Below are positions 26,239-63,797 of a stretch of DNA of 64,000 nucleotides, one piece after another; the stretch's first letter is position 1, and the number at the start of each line of letters is the position of its first letter. Source of the DNA: Chrysomallon squamiferum (lineage: Eukaryota > Animalia > Mollusca); assembly GCA_012295275.1 (NCBI GenBank), contig CM022669.1, positions 372,001 through 436,000 on the forward strand. Direction: 5' to 3'. The notes under the pieces are model-generated. The model was given only the letters and a program-made list of their open reading frames with translations. It was not told the origin of the DNA and ran no database searches. The position numbers and the translations under genes are program-made.

Positions 26239-27607
26239 TGTTGGAGATTGACAGGTTTTTGTAAAGAGAAGAGAATTATTTTAGTTTTTAGAGGTGTCCA
26301 GACAATGTTGCTTATCCTCCTCCTCTGTCAAACAGACAGCGAGTCTCTGCAGAGACTAAAATGTCAAGATCTACAAAAGTATAAAGACAAAATTCTGTAA
26401 ATAAACGACATCAACAATAGAAATATCAGTTGTCGTAGGAGCAGTAGAAATAATACTACCACAGAAGTATCTGTAGTCTAAATATAGTAATGTTTTTTAA
26501 CGCCAGTAATAATAACAACAGTGATAATATTTGTAGTAGTAGTAATGATGATATTGTTTATAATGATGACAATAATATAATGATAATAATAGTTGGTTTG
26601 ATAATAATAGTATTAGATGTAGTAGTATTATCATTCACACGTGCAGTACAAGCGCCACAAATGGTAGCGACAGAAGAATTTTAAAATGGGAAAAGTCTTG
26701 GATCTGAGGCAAGTAGTTTCCTGAGCTATTGGTACAGTTTAAAACTTTGCTGAGAGAATTAACCGATGCCGGGGAGCCCAGGAGATTGTCAGTTTGATGT
26801 GAACGCCGTTTACGTAAGAATTGAAAAATATATCCAATGTCACGACATGTTGACCCGATTATTATTAATAGCAATATGAATTAATAAATATAACGTCAAG
26901 GACGAATACAGATGTTAAAACGACAATGAATTACTAAGTGAAATAATTTTAAACCCACTAATGCATTACGATACTAATCTAATGCAATGTTTTACTTACC
27001 AGTTTTTCTTCTTGTTCATATTACTACTCACTGCTCATAAAAAAAAAAATGTTGCTTTTCATAGAAAAATCCTTGCTGTTTAGCTTCTAATTTCAAATAA
27101 TCGTGTTTATGATTCCCAGCTGTGCTCAGAACGTTCAATACTATTGATCCAACTGCATTTGTAAGCTTTATGGTAAAATAACGTAGATGTGAAATACGTT
27201 TTTACTTGTTCTGGTGTTAATAAACAATCTAAAGATATATGGTATTTTGTCAGCTTATTCTTATGTTTTAAATTCAGACGTGAGATTCTTCCAAAGGGGT
27301 ATGTTTTGTATGTATTTTTTGCTAATATGACTTCAGTAGTTAACTTTAGTAATGCAATAAGTGTCCACAAGCTATTGACAATTAATTACAAACTTATAAC
27401 AATTTATTCTCGTAAATCGTGCAGAAACGTATATATACATCAGATCTCTGTATTTAATTACAATTCACTGCAAGACACATCCAATGATTTATTGCCTTAA
27501 GTTTGTGTGCTTGCAAAACAGTTTTCATCTTCAAAAGTATTGACGTACATTTCCATATTTCGTTTAGATAAATAAATAAGCAAAGAATGTAATTAATTAA
27601 AAACACG

Positions 27608-27740
<133 letters not shown>

Positions 27741-27985
27741 CCACACATCAACTGCAGAGCAAAAAGATTAAATCTGTTACAATAATCTGACAAGAACAAG
27801 CTGTTGTAAAACGTCGCAGTTTCACTTTCTGACACAGTAGTAGAAGTAATAGAAATAGAAGTAGTTGTAGTAGAAATAGTAATGATAATTGTAGTAGTAG
27901 TATCAGTAGCTATTGTAGTAGTAGAAGAAGTAGCAGCAGCAATAGTAGTAGTAGCCGCAGTTGTAATAACCTGCCACTCTCTGAT

Positions 27986-28218
27986 GTTTGATAAAAATGG
28001 GTTTTACAGTTTGTTTTAGTTTGATAAAAATGGGTTTTACAGTTTGTTTTGGTTTGATAAAAATGGGTTTTACAGTTTGTTTTAGTTTGATAAAAATGGG
28101 TTTTACAGTTTGTTTTGGTTTAATAAAAATGGGTTTTACAGTTTGTTTTGGTTTGATAAAAATGGGTTTTACAGTTTGTTTTATTTTGATAAAAATGGGT
28201 TTTACTGTTTGTTTTGGT
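27986..28218. repeat. 33-bp tandem repeat x7 (tttgataaaaatgggttttacagtttgttttag)
   Basis: Direct inspection; 11-aa periodic shadow ORFs. Confidence 0.92.
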
Positions 28219-29743
28219 CTCAAGTGACGAACTAATAAATATTACCTTCAATACATTAGGAAGTATTGCCCTTCGAACTTGGACATTTTGGGACAAACTG
28301 GACGTGTCAACCAGTCTTATTATCCAGACATCTCAGCAGCTTCTCAATCTTTACAATGCTGCTGTTGCTGGAGAGAGAAAGTTTCCATTTTATGTCCAGT
28401 TTCTTTTATCATTAAAATGTCTATCAATTAAAATTAACTTTTTTTTTGTTTTTTAATTATACTTACATATTTTCTTCAGTTCTCATAAATAAAGATTAAT
28501 TATATTAAGTTAGAGTTTCAGAAATAAAGAAAGTGTTTCTTTACTCAATGACAAGCTAACAACGTGATTAGCGTGGTCTGGGCAGTTGGTACGGGGTAAG
28601 CTGCAGATCGTCGATTTTAAAAATCAATACCCGAGAGGTGGTATTGATGAAATGAAATATATTCTTCATAAGTTATCATCAATTAATTAAGTATCTTTGA
28701 GTGATTAGAAACATATTTAAGTGTAAATGTCACAACAAATTATTTTAAATAGAAAAGTAGACCTGTAAAATTCTTACCAACTTCATGAAGCGGCAGACAG
28801 TTATTTTGATCTATAGATTCAGAAGGAAGAAAGAAGTCGGCATTATCTGGACGTCTGTAGAACGACATTCTACAATAATCGGTAACCAGAACCAAAGCAA
28901 GATATATGGTATATGTGATCAGTATTGTTTTTAAGTTCAGTATATTTATATATGACTGAATAATATTTACCTTACGTAATATCCAGGTTTACGTATAAGA
29001 GAGCATTAATTACTTTAATAATCGAAATAATCCTGAATTGTAACACGGTTTCCTATCCTGCTCTATGAATACATAATCAGGATGGGCGCTGCCATTAGGT
29101 AGCCTTTTATACAAATAATTGTTTTAAGAAAAAAAAACCTTATAAAAGGAAACAATTCGATAATAATTCATTGTACAGTATAGATATAGACAGTTCACTA
29201 GTTTATTGTTTTAAACGCTAACAGTAGCGTTAAAACTCGCTGTTAACCTATACTAATTGTTTTTAAGTGAAAGTCCATTTAATCCAAAGGACTGGGTTGC
29301 CGAGTCACTGACATATTAATGAATAATGTGACATTAATTCTGGTCCTTTAAGCATCTTATGGAACTCGTTCTTGCAGTTTAACACAAATTTATCAGTTTC
29401 ATATTTTGTGGTTTTTTTTTTTTTTTTTTTTTTTATACCAAACATGTTTCCAAAAATCGAAGAGCCAGCAATTTGTTATTGTTATTTATTTATTTATTTA
29501 TTTATTTTTTTGGTATGATTTTTTTGGTAGCTGGACTTATCTAGATGCCAGACGTGTAACTAATGTTTATGTTGTGATACACAGACTGAATATTTTGTTA
29601 TATTATCTAATATCATGTTAAATAAGCAGTTCTAACGATTGTGTTTGTCTTCCTCACTTCTGAGACAGCCTCTGTCGATATTTCGATCAGGAGAGGTTAT
29701 CCATTGTTCACACGTTTTACCATTGAACAAATTTAGCAGACGT

Positions 29744-30215
29744 CAGGCCAGTACGCAAGGGGAGTGGAATGGAGGCGTGCGCACCCCACCCGCTGTACTC
29801 TGCTGAGCTCTTCCGTGAATATATCAACAACAACAAAAATAGTTTGATGAATGTCAGCTGTGTGAAGTTTTCGCAATTATGGCAGGTCACATGGCGATGC
29901 GCAGTAAAAATGTCGTTAATTTTCATTCGATGACTGAACGGCGAACAGAAAGGACCTAATGAAATTGCTGCAGACATATGTAGTAACCTTTCTTTTAATA
30001 TAATTTATATATAACAGTCGACAAATTTTGAAAAAAAAAATAAAAAAAAAATTCAGACTTACTTCTCAGAATGCAGGGAAATGTGTTTCCTGTTTTAGAT
30101 TTATAAAAGGTTCGGGACCACGGGACCTCCCTCATTTTTATATTTTTGTTATCTATAATGCACGATATGCATCGATTTTGCATCTCATCCATCTGTATTT
30201 CTACGTACGAGCCTG
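29744..30215. mobile_element. Possible MITE
   Basis: Imperfect terminal inverted repeats CAGGCCAGTACG / CAGGCTCGTACG and GC-rich subterminal sequence. No target-site duplication visible. Confidence 0.35.
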
Positions 30216-31103
30216 GGCTTGTGTTTCATTCGTACAGAATGTGTACTTCCAAGGTCAGTACACACTGACGTAGCTTGGTGTGACTTTAGCTGTGAATGTT
30301 TTATCCGTGGTAAATTCTGAAGCGAAGAGACCATAAACCCGTGTCACGCAGTTTGTCTGTTCGAGTCCCCAACTTCAAGCTTGAGCGTGCACTGCCTCGC
30401 CAAGTTTTATTTGTGCAGGAGAAACAAGCTTGTTTGGATGTCAGTTTAAAGATGGTAAACTTTAAATGAAGTTTTATAACAATCGCTTTTTGAAGAATTA
30501 CACTACCGAAAATATCGTATCTTATTTTTAAAAAGTAGAAAATCTATAAAAATACGCCAGTATTGTGGTAGGCGATTAGGTTTGTTGTAAAAGTGAGGTC
30601 GAATTTCTCTGTTTTGATGTGTAAACAAAAACATCTCGTAGTTTTTGATCACTTAGTGGTGCATTTCCGTGACGTTAATATTAGATTAAAACTTATCGCA
30701 TTTACACTGAGTTTTGTAATCCAAGTTATCGTTTGTTTACGGACATATGTAAACTGGCTAGGTATACACAGACGAACAATCACTTTCATTTACTTTATCA
30801 AACGGTCTGTGATGTTAAAACTAACGATGAACAAAACTAAGTTGAAGTGATCGATTCTGTGAAAACTAATCCTGGTATCGATTCTGACAACTTCCTTTTC
30901 CATCTGCCGAGCATTTCCAGTGACAGCTACGTGATAAAGAAGGAAGTTTTAGACTGTTTTACGTTATCCTTTGTTTCTCATTTCATATGCACACACACTC
31001 ATTATACACGCACGCATGCACTTTGCTTTAAGATCAGATCTGTTTATAAAATAAATAAATAAGAAAAACTATACAAAACTGAATAAAAATTATGATAACA
31101 AGA

Positions 31104-31136
<33 letters not shown>

Positions 31137-33301
31137 TAATATTAATAATAATATTATTATTAAATAATACATAAACTAAATAATAATAATAAATAAATAA
31201 ATGAATAAAATAATCAAAACGTATTTTATTAAAACAGTGAACAACATCACATTTTATTTATTTAGAAACATTTGAAGGTAAGTCAGTTTAGTATCACAAC
31301 ACAAATGTTAATTGAGAATTAATTAAAATATCTTACACATATTTTTTTAAAAACATTTTTTTTTTTTTTTTTATTATTGTTGTTTTTGAGAAGGATGATG
31401 TTGAGAGTTAATTTAATTTTGTAATTGAATAATTATAATATTAACAGTCAATTAAAAATAAAATACATATTCACTGAACAGTCAAATAGCGATGCTTACC
31501 CAAATAACAAAAACACAAACACAAATTAAAAAAAAAAAAAAAGACCAACATGTGATGATAAATTATGTTTGTACGTAGAATATCACAGATATGAAATTGT
31601 ATAATAAAATAAATAATATCACAGCGTAAACAAAAGTAAAACGAAAGAGAAAGATTTCATTTGTTCCTTGTTTTATATGTGTTTGATTTAAATCTTGAAT
31701 GTTTTTATTGAAAACAACGAGTTACAGGTGAGCATTAGTTTCTGACTTGTGAGTAACAAATGTATTGAGTAATTTATATGATATAGGAAGTCATGTTGTT
31801 CAGGCACAGTGAGATATGATCGGTTTAAATCACGACTGTTTTCATCTTCAATAAAGAGATAGATGTATATTTTAGTGTCAGACGTCACAGTAATTGTTTT
31901 AAATACTATTATCTGCTATGTTATGTTATGTAGTTATCTAGTGCATGCACATTAATTCAGTTTTTTACTGTGTCAATCATGATTTTCGTCTTATGTAAAA
32001 ACAACCAGAGATTGTAACTTGAACGTTTGGCCTCTCGCTGAAAATATGCATGTCTTTAGGCACGTTTCAAAATGTGGTTTTTCAACATTCGTTCAATACG
32101 TGCTTGTTTCTGTTGTTGTGGTTTTTGTTGGTATTTTTTGCCATCCCGATATAATTCTAGCAAATTAATATTTTTATAACTTCATCAGAAATGAGGTAAC
32201 AGAAAATATTTTAGTTTTTCATCTGTGTGATTTTCGTAATCAGATAAGAGAATTGTGAGTTTCAGCTGACTGTGACTTGATGTGATATTGAGTTGTGAGT
32301 TTCAGCTGACTGTGACTTGATGTGGCATTGAGTTGTGAGTTTCAGCTGACTGTGACTTGATGTGGCATTGAGTTGTGAGTTTCAGCTGACTGTGACTTGA
32401 TGTGATATTGAGTTGTGAGTTTCAGCTGACTGGGATTTGATGTAATATTGAGTTGTGAGTTTGACGTAACTGAGATTTGATGTGATATTGAGTTGTGAGT
32501 TTCAGTTTACTGTGACTTGATGTTATATTGAGTTGTGAGTTTCAGCTGACTGGGATTTGATGTAATATTGAGTTGTGAGTTTCAGCTGACTGGGACTTGA
32601 TGAAATATTGAGTTGTGAGTTTCAGCTGACTGGGATTTGATGAAATATTGAGTTGTGAGTTTCAATTTACTGTGACTTGATGTTATATTGAGTTGTGAGT
32701 TTCAGCTGACTGGGATTTGATGTAATATTGAGTTGTGAGTTTGAAGTAACTGAGATTTGATGTGATATTGAGTTGTGAGTTTCAGCTGACTGGGACTTGA
32801 TGCGGTATTGAGTTGTGAGTTTCAGCTGACTGTGACTTGATGCGGTATTGAGTTGTGAGTTTCAGTTTACTGTGACTTGCTGTGGTATTGAGTTGTGAGT
32901 TTCAGTTTACTGTGACTTGTTGTGATATTGAGTTGTGAGTTTCAGTTTACTGTGACTTGTTGTGGTATTGAGTTGTGAGTTTCAGTTTACTGTGACTTGT
33001 TGTGGTATTGAGTTGTGAGTTTCAGCTGACTGTGACTTGATGCGGTATTGAGTTGTGAGTTTCAGCTGACTGTGACTTGATGTGATATTGAGTTGTGAGT
33101 TTCAGCTGACTGTGACTTGATGTGATATTGAGTTGTGAGTTTCAGCTGACTGTGACTTGATGCGGTATTGAGTTGTGAGTTTCAGCTGACTGGGATTTGA
33201 TGTAATATTGAGTTGTGAGTTTCAGCTGACTGGGACTTGCTGTGGTAATGAGTTGTGAGTTTCAGCTGACTGTGACTTGCTGTGATATTGAGTTGTGAGT
33301 T

Positions 33302-54755
<21,454 letters not shown>

Positions 54756-55480
54756 CAGATACTAACAAGTTTTCTTTCTTTAGAAAATCAGCATCTGTAT
54801 ATTGAACAAATTTTACTTTATTATTTATTTTTTTTATTTTTTTATTTTTTATGTTGTTGTAAAGATTGAACTCTCTTCAGCTTTATTTTTTTTTCCCTTT
54901 AATCCATTATAACTAAAACAGCGACGTGTTTCTGGTCACATTGAAACTGAAAAAACGTAGAATCACAAAACTCACACAATACGACTCTCGTTAGACTGTG
55001 TGTGGCAGTTGTCAACACAGTTCTGACAGTGGTCACGGTACAGTTATTTCTGGATTGTATGTGCTTGACTGCTAGTTCGTCACGCCATTTTGTCTGTGAA
55101 ATGTTTCGCTGTTAAACATTTCTTCTTGTCATTTCATCTTTCCATACTTGTTTTGTTTCTTTCGTAATTTTTTTCAGTAATAATCTTTTAACAGTTGACA
55201 TCTAGCTGCAAAAAATAAATAAATAAATAAATAAATAAAAAAATAAAATAATTAAAATAATAAAAAAATTATAATAAAAAAATTAATTAATAAAAAAAAT
55301 AATAATAAAAAAAAAAATACAAAAAAATTAATTAATAAATAAAAAATGAATAACTGATTTTATTATAACAGTCATACTTATTTGACTTAAGCAGTCCAAA
55401 AATTATAAATATGATCTTTTTTAACTCTTACTGTCGTCAGCAAAAGAAAAATTTCACACACAGAGAATTATTGTTAACAG

Positions 55481-56472
55481 ATGTATTACTGTATCATTCG
55501 TACTATTGTTAACTGTAGTATTACTGTATCATTCGTACTATTGTTAACTGTAGTATTACTGTATCATTCGTACTATCGTTAACTGTAGTATTACTGTATC
55601 ATTCGTACTATTGTTAACTGTAGTATTACTGTATCATTCGTACTATTGTTAACTGTAGTATTACTGTATCATTCGTACTATTGTTAACTGTAGTTTTAGT
55701 GTATCATTCGTATTATTGTTAACTGTAGTTTTAGTGTATCATTCGTACTACTGTTAACTGTAGTTTTACTGTATCATTCGTACTACTGTTAACTGTAGTT
55801 TTAGTGTATCATTCGTGTTATTGTTAACTGTAGTTTTAGTGTATCATTCGTACTACTGTTAACTGTAGTATTAGTGTATCATTCGTACTACTGTTAACTG
55901 TAGTATTAGTGTATCATTCGTACTACTGTTAACTGTAGTATTAGTGTATCATTCGTACTACTGTTAACTGTAGTATTAGTGTATCATTCGTACTACTGTT
56001 AACTGTAGTATTAGTGTATCATTCGTACTACTGTTAACTGTAGTATTACTGTATCATTCGTACTACTGTTAACTGTAGTATTAGTGTATCATTCGTACTA
56101 CTGTTAACTGTAGTATTACTGTATCATTCGTACTACTGTTAACTGTAGTATTAGTGTATCATTCGTACTACTGTTAACTGTAGTATTACTGTATCATTCG
56201 TACTACTGTTAACTGTAGTATTAGTGTATCATTCGTACTACTGTTAACTGTAGTATTAGTGTATCATTCGTACTACTGTTAACTGTAGTATTACTGTATC
56301 ATTCGTACTACTGTTAACTGTAGTATTAGTGTATCATTCGTACTACTGTTAACTGTAGTATTACTGTATCATTCGTACTATTGTTAACTGTAGTATTAGT
56401 GTATCATTCGTACTACTGTTAACTGTAGTATTAGTGTATCATTCGTACTACTGTTAACTGTAGTATTAGTGT
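55481..56472. repeat. 35-bp tandem repeat x~28 (tattactgtatcattcgtactattgttaactgtag)
   Basis: Period 35, very homogeneous. Confidence 0.93.
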
Positions 56473-57867
56473 AGCATAGCTGTAGAGTTAGTCACAGTAA
56501 CAGTAGCAGAGTGTAATGAATGAGAGTATTAATAACAGCAACAGAAAAGTGAAGTAGCAAATGAAGTAGTAGTAGTTGTTGTGTTGGTGATAGCAGTAGT
56601 GGTTGAAGTAGTGGTGGCGTATAAAGGTAAATTATTTTTGTTATGTCTATTTATTGATTAATAAATATCTACGTATTGTTATTATTATCATCATTATTAT
56701 TATTATTTACATGTAAACCGTGATAATGATAATAACAAGATTATTTAGATATCAGTGATGCTATTATCATAAACTGTAATTATTTTTACAGTATTTGCTT
56801 TAAGAATGCTGTTTCACTACAGTAACAAAGGTTTAGAAAGGATTATATGTATTAGCTGGCACATCACGCTAAAATGTTTTAAAGATTTCCTGTACATCTT
56901 GTAAAGCTTTTCTTGTCTAGTTAATAACGTTCAGAAAAGTAAATAAATGGCGACCTCTTCGTTAATGGATGTCGTCTGCATCAAGTCTTAATGGACACGA
57001 GAACAGAGAAAGTTAAACAAATCTAAATGTAGATCACGTGTTTCAGAAAGAATCACTTTTTCAGTGATGTTAAAATCTAGTAAATACTAATATACGTTTT
57101 GTCAGTTCATAGTTGAATGATTGCCATGAAGAACAAAGAGACACAAAAAAGAGAAAACGATGGCTGTCTTTTTCTTTTTTTTTTTTTTTTTGGTTTTGGT
57201 GAGTTTCTGACGACAGTTTTGCTGTTTTGTTGTTGAAGGTTTTTTTTTTGCGGAGGTTTGTTTCTTTCTTTCTTTAATTTTATTATTTTCTTTTAAATTA
57301 TTTTATGACCAACTGTACTTAGGGTATGTCTCCATATCTTGACCCAGAGGAAAAAAAAAAAAGAAAGAACCTTTGCCGTGACATAATGTAGAAAAAGCAA
57401 TAATTATACAAAATTGACTTAAAGTTGTAACATTAAATAAATGATACAGAATCTCTCTGTGTTTGCTTTTTACACATTTTATGAACAGTAAGTTGTACAC
57501 TTATTATCACGTGTATTTATCATTTACACAAATCTAGTGTTCTCGCTCTCTCCCATGTGCAAGTCTAACTGATTTAAATAATAACTGTTTAATATATCAT
57601 AAAAAAAAAATCAAATAACATAAAAAATCAAATTTAATTTTAAAAAAATCAAATCAAATCAAAAACAGAAACACTAACAACATACAAACAAAAACAAAAC
57701 AAAACGATAAAAAATACGAAAAAGAAAAAACATGACTAAAATAACAACAGCAAAATCCACGACAACGATGGTAAAAAGGAACTGAACAGACTGCCGGATT
57801 AACCTATGACAAAAGTAGTGTATGTTAAGGGTTCCGCGTTGTCTAAGACGCTGCACTAAAAACTTAC

Positions 57868-57991
57868 CAGTGACTGCAGAAATCTCGTCTGGTACACTTC
57901 ACTGTTCACGCGTCAAGCCAGGATGAAATAAAAACTCAGGCCAAATTTAGAAAACGTAAATTTGAAATTGTACTTTTGTTACTTTTGACAT
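57868..57991 (-). other. Putative non-coding 5'UTR exon of the adenylate cyclase
   Basis: Acceptor gtttcag| and donor CTG|GTAAGT. A matching acceptor (tttttgcag|) precedes the first coding exon at ~55205. A further donor CAG|GTCAGT at 59868 ends a GC-richer segment. Splice-signal evidence only. Confidence 0.35.
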
Positions 57992-58519
57992 CTGAAACTG
58001 ATACATAAATCTAATTAATAATAATACTACTGAAGTGTCAGTCATATCTGTCGTATTATTTATCAGTACAGCGAATGAAAAAAATTAATTACGTTACTAT
58101 GCACGTAAATAATATGTTGTCGTGGCCACCATATTGTTGTAGTGATATTTTATATAAATAATATCACTACAACAATATATATATATATATATGATATCAC
58201 TACAACAATATATATTGTTTAAAATTGATAAAAAGAAACAAATTGTGGCAATATTTTGTTTTGTTATTTATTTATTCATTTATTTGTTTTTTGTTTTTAA
58301 AATTAAGTTCCATTACAAATCCAGATTTGAATGCGCATTTTACATTTTTTCTCATGTAGTTTTTGTTTCAGTTTATAAGCGATGTCATGTTCCTGACTCA
58401 GCTAACAATAGAATGACCCAGATGAAAATATTTTTTTTTAAAACAAAAACAACAACAACAACTACTACTCATAATAATATTAGTAATAATAATAGTGGTA
58501 GCAGTAGTAGTAGTAGCAG

Positions 58520-58551
<32 letters not shown>

Positions 58552-58649
58552 TTCAGCAGTAGCAGTAATACTAATAAAATCAAGCCATTATCACGAAACG
58601 TTACGACCACCAGGTTGTGGGCTGCACTTTCAGAAATGATATTTTCCCG

Positions 58650-59117
58650 AGTGTTCATTAAATATACATACAACAAGTGAGAAGATTATCAGATAAACTC
58701 GTGTATTAAATATACATACAACAAGTGAGAAGATTATCAGATAAACTCTGTATTAAATATACATACAACAAGTGAGAAGATTATCAGATAAACTCGTGTG
58801 TTAAATATACATACAACAAGTGAGAAGATTATCAGATAAACTCGTGTATTAAATATACATACAACAAGTGAGAAGATTATCAGATAAACTCGTGTATTAA
58901 ATATACAGATAAACTCGTGTGTTAAATATACATACAACAAGTGAGAAGATTATCAGATAAACTCGTGTATTAAATATACATACAACAAGTGAGAAGATTA
59001 TCAGATAAACTCGTGTGTTAAATATACATACAACAAGTGAGAAGATTATCAGACAAACTCTGTATTAAATATACATACAACAAGTCAGAAGATTATCAGA
59101 TGAACTAGTGTATTAAA
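58650..59117. repeat. 48-bp tandem repeat x~9-10 (aatatacatacaacaagtgagaagattatcagataaactcgtgtatta)
   Basis: Direct inspection. Confidence 0.9.
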
Positions 59118-59535
59118 GTCAGACTATGTCTGTAATAGTGAAATGAGAGGAAAGACAAACTGTAATATTACTTTGTTTAACCTATACACTGCGAAATAAA
59201 AATTTAAATAAATAAAAAAATAAACAAACAAATAAGTAAATAAATAAATATATTGTAGTTGTTGTTGCTGCTGCAGCTACTGCGACTGTTGGGGTTGAGT
59301 TGAAGTTGTGGTGGCAGTAGTAACGGACTACAAAGTTTTTGTATTTACAGTAACCGCAGATTTTACTCGCTCAGTTTGATTTAACTGTGATTAGGAGGAG
59401 AAACACGAAAACAGGGAGGAGAGATTTAAACAATATACAAAAATAATAATCAAAACATCAAAATAATAATAATAATATTAACAACAACAACAACAACAAC
59501 AAGCAGAATAATAGTAGTAATCGTAGTGGTAGTAA

Positions 59536-59608
<73 letters not shown>

Positions 59609-62065
59609 TAATCACACGAACAACAAGAAGAACAAAAACAACAAAAACAATATCACCACTACTACAACAACAAAAACAGCAGCTACAGCAGCAAAAGTAA
59701 CAACAATAATATAGTAATAATAATATTAACTAAAACAAAACCACCAACAACAACAACAGTAATAACAACAACACTAATAATAATAATAATAATAATAATA
59801 ACCAGTGTCATCAACAACAACAACGACGACGACATCAACAACCAAAGCAAAGAACACAATGCACTGACCTGTGTGAGACAACGACGTCGTTAGCGAGGCT
59901 GTGATACTCGCGTCTCGCTAGCTTCCTGGTCACGCGAAATGTAGCCACATCCCAAGTGTCTCTGTCACAGCGAGCTAATTTGAAAAACCAGTAATCGATA
60001 CTTTCTGTCAGAGTCCGCTCTTAGTTAGCAGTTAATTGTTAGATCATTAGTAAGATTATTAAAGTAGTCAAATAAGATAATCATATTAAAAATAAACAGC
60101 GCTGTTTTTTTCTTTTTATTCTTCCATTGAGGTACGTTGTGTTTTTTTCTTCCTTCTTCCTTGCCTTTTCTCGTCTTAATTTAGTTAAATTAATCAATTA
60201 ATTTGTTTGTTTAATGATTTCTTTGTAAATATATTTACTTGTTTCTTGTTTGTTTATTTGTATTTTTGTTTATTTTATTTATGTTTTTTTTTTAAATCTA
60301 TCTATCTTTATTTATTTATTCATTCTTTCATTCATTCGTTTGATTGTTTGTTTGTTTGTTTATTTGTTTATTTGTATTTTTGTTTATTTTATTTTATTTT
60401 ATTTTTTTATCTATCTATCTTTATTTATTTATTCATTCGTTCATTCATTCGTTTGATTGTTTGTTTGTTTGTTTACTTATTTACTTATTTATTTATTGCT
60501 TAAATTCATTAACAGGTTTTTGTTTTAACAATTTTCAACTTTATTTTTCCAAGACGGTAATGACACTTAACAGGAAGTGAGTATGTTAAATAGTTTAAAT
60601 TTTTTTTTTAATTGTTATTTCATATATTTCTGCTTTGAAATTTTCTGGTTGTATTTTTTTGTTTGTTTTTTAAATTAATATCAGTTGCTGCACAAATCAT
60701 CACTTGTAAAAGAAATAACAACGAAGTCTTTGTCAGTGTTTTTAAACTGCTTCAGCGCCAACGGCCTCGAGTCGGTGTCACGTGATTTATTTCATTACAT
60801 TTCTCGTCTTTCAACTTCTTATACATATGTGTTATGAATGTCTGTATGTGTGCGTGTGTGTGTGTGTGTGTGCGTGCGTGTGTGTGTGCACGTGTGTGCG
60901 AACTTCTCTGTTTCACATTTGAAAAAATATAAAACAACCCATTAATTTTATTGATGTTTTTGAACATCATGACAAATTTGTAAAGAAAGCTTATGATGAT
61001 AAAGAAAATCAATATAAAACAATATATTATAATTTTAATGTTTTGTATTACATTAAATAAAATTATTAAACAGCACATTTAGAAACATTTTGTGATTTCT
61101 GTAAGTATAGAAACAACATAAATATCTGAGTAAATTAAACCATTCACGCCTCCGGTTTCATTCACCATGAACTGATTTCTTTCTCCCAAGAGAATCCATC
61201 TAACTGTTTTCGGAATCAAGGTCTGTATAAGAACTGTATGATCCAAGCAGACTAGGACTGCACTCATGTGCCCTGTTTGTTCGTACAAACTCATTCTTAC
61301 TTTGGTCTTCTTTATTACCTGTAAATTACTACAACATGCTACTTTAATTTCGTCTTCTGTAACTTTTAATAGATTAGAACTCATTTGTATCCTGCTGTAT
61401 TTGAAGAAACAAAATGATTGGAACTAAGTTTGAGAAAGTTATAAATTGAAGGTGAATGAGACAATACTGAGTACAGCATTGAAATGCTTTTTATTGTTAT
61501 TTGCTTTCTTTGAGCAGGCTGGTACCAGCAGAAACATTTACAATTGTTTGCGTTCTGTGATGTCCATTAGGAAACAAAAAAATGGAAATAGCAAAGCAAA
61601 ATTTATAAAACATAAAACCTTTTATAACTGCAGATAAAGTGCGTTCATTTCATAAGCTATCGAAAGAAAAATATGGATTAACTAATTACTTCCTTTTTGG
61701 CTTTTCGTGGATTTAATGGAGTTTCTCGTTTTAAGTAGAAGATATATTTATAACTGCCAGCTGGGATTTTCTACGTTTTAGAATAAGTCGAATTCTGTTT
61801 GAAATATATTTTCTGTTCTCACAAGATTTAGTATTATATAAGATCAGACGAAATTATGAAACGATAGCGTGATTAATACCCTTTTAATAAAAAAAGAAAT
61901 GTTTGGTCTTTGAAAAAAACTTTTAAGAATAAAACTAAATAAATAAATAACTAGTGTAAATATATTATTCAAAAGATGAAAAGGAAAGGAAAAAATGATT
62001 TTTTAACACCTCACTGTTAAAACAAGTCTGTCGGTTGTTAATAAGTTTTATAACTCATCGTGTTT

Positions 62066-62967
62066 GACATTAATTATATATATATACAACACTGACGTTA
62101 AATATATACATAATAACACTGACATGTTAAATACATACATAATAAAACTGACATATTAATTATATACAACACTGACATATTAAATACATACATAACAAAA
62201 CTCACATATTAAATACATACATAATAACACTGACATATTAAATACACACATAATAACACTGACATATTAAATACATACATAATAACACTGACATATTAAA
62301 TACATACATAATAACACTGACATGTTAAATACATACATAATAACACTGACATATTAATTATATACAACACTGACATGTTAAATACATACATAATAACACT
62401 GACATATTAATTATATACAACACTGACATGTTAAATACATACATAATAACACTGACATATTAAATACATACATAATAAAACTGACATGTTAAATACATAC
62501 ATAACAAAACTGACATATTAATTATATACATAATAACACTGACATATTAAATACATACATAACAAAACTGACATGTTAAATGCATACATAACAAAACTGA
62601 CATATTAATTATATACATAATAAAACTGACCATATTAATTAAATACATAATAAAACTGACATATTAATTATATACATAATAAAACTGACATATTAATTAT
62701 ATACATAACAAAACTGACATATTAATTATATACATAATAAAACTGACATATTAATTATATACAACACTGACATGTTAAATACATACATAATAAAACTGAC
62801 ATATTAATTATATACAACACTGACATGTTAAATACATACATAATAACACTGACATATTAATTATATACAACACTGACATGTTAAATACATACATAATAAC
62901 TGACATACTAATTATATACAACACTGACATGTTAAATACATACATAACAAAACTGACATATTAAATA
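62066..62967. repeat. 24-29-bp AT-rich minisatellite (taaatacatacataataacactgacatat)
   Basis: Recurrent actgacat core with two interspersed unit lengths. Confidence 0.9.
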
Positions 62968-63171
62968 TAGACAAAACTTTGACGTGACTAATAGAGGTGA
63001 TGCACAACCTCCCATTTTGCCTACAGCTAATTTGATCAAATATGACTCATAACTACCACTAATACTAATACTACTTGGAACTACTACTATAATAATTATA
63101 GTTACTTGTAATATGTAAAGTTGTAATAATAATGATAGTAGTTGCAGTAAAGGTATTATTATTATTATTAT

Positions 63172-63206
<35 letters not shown>

Positions 63207-63756
63207 TATAAAGTAAAAATAACAAGAAAAAAACATTTAAGCAAAAATGAATATCGTTCTAGAAGAGTGTTTTACTAGTATTGAGACTGATACGTGTTTT
63301 TGTTCAGGTTAATTAAGTGTAGTTCAGAAGTTGTGTCAATCAGGGCGGACTATTCAAGACATTCAAATGTTTCTTCGAGTTCACGTGACTTTTGAAATGT
63401 GATAGGTGTTTCTTCACAGCTGTGTACATCACAAAACAAAGCGATGGATGAACGGACAGCTAGCTGTATGAGACAGACAACAAATGAGATGAAGAAAGAA
63501 AGAAGATAGGGAAATGTATCTAGTAAAACAGCGTTTGTGGTTCAGATATAAATATTGATTTACAAATGTGTTTACTGTTGTTTGCGTATGTGTCAGACAC
63601 GTGTGTATGAATATATGTGTGTATGCATATTATAGTGTGTGTATTCGTGTGTTTGTGTATGTATGTATGTATGTATGTATATATGTATGTATGTATCTGT
63701 ATTATGGTATATGTGTGTATATGTATGTGTGTGTGTATATTTGTTTGTGTGTGTGG

Positions 63757-63797
<41 letters not shown>

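Noticed and set aside
28214-32250. Short ORFs in the interval between the LicD cluster and the cyclase
   Set aside because: No recognisable domains and no coherent exon chain.
58131-58212. 19-bp inverted repeat hairpin
   Set aside because: AT-rich and adjacent to (TA)n with a duplicated arm; consistent with a local template-switch event, and there is no evidence for an RNA gene.
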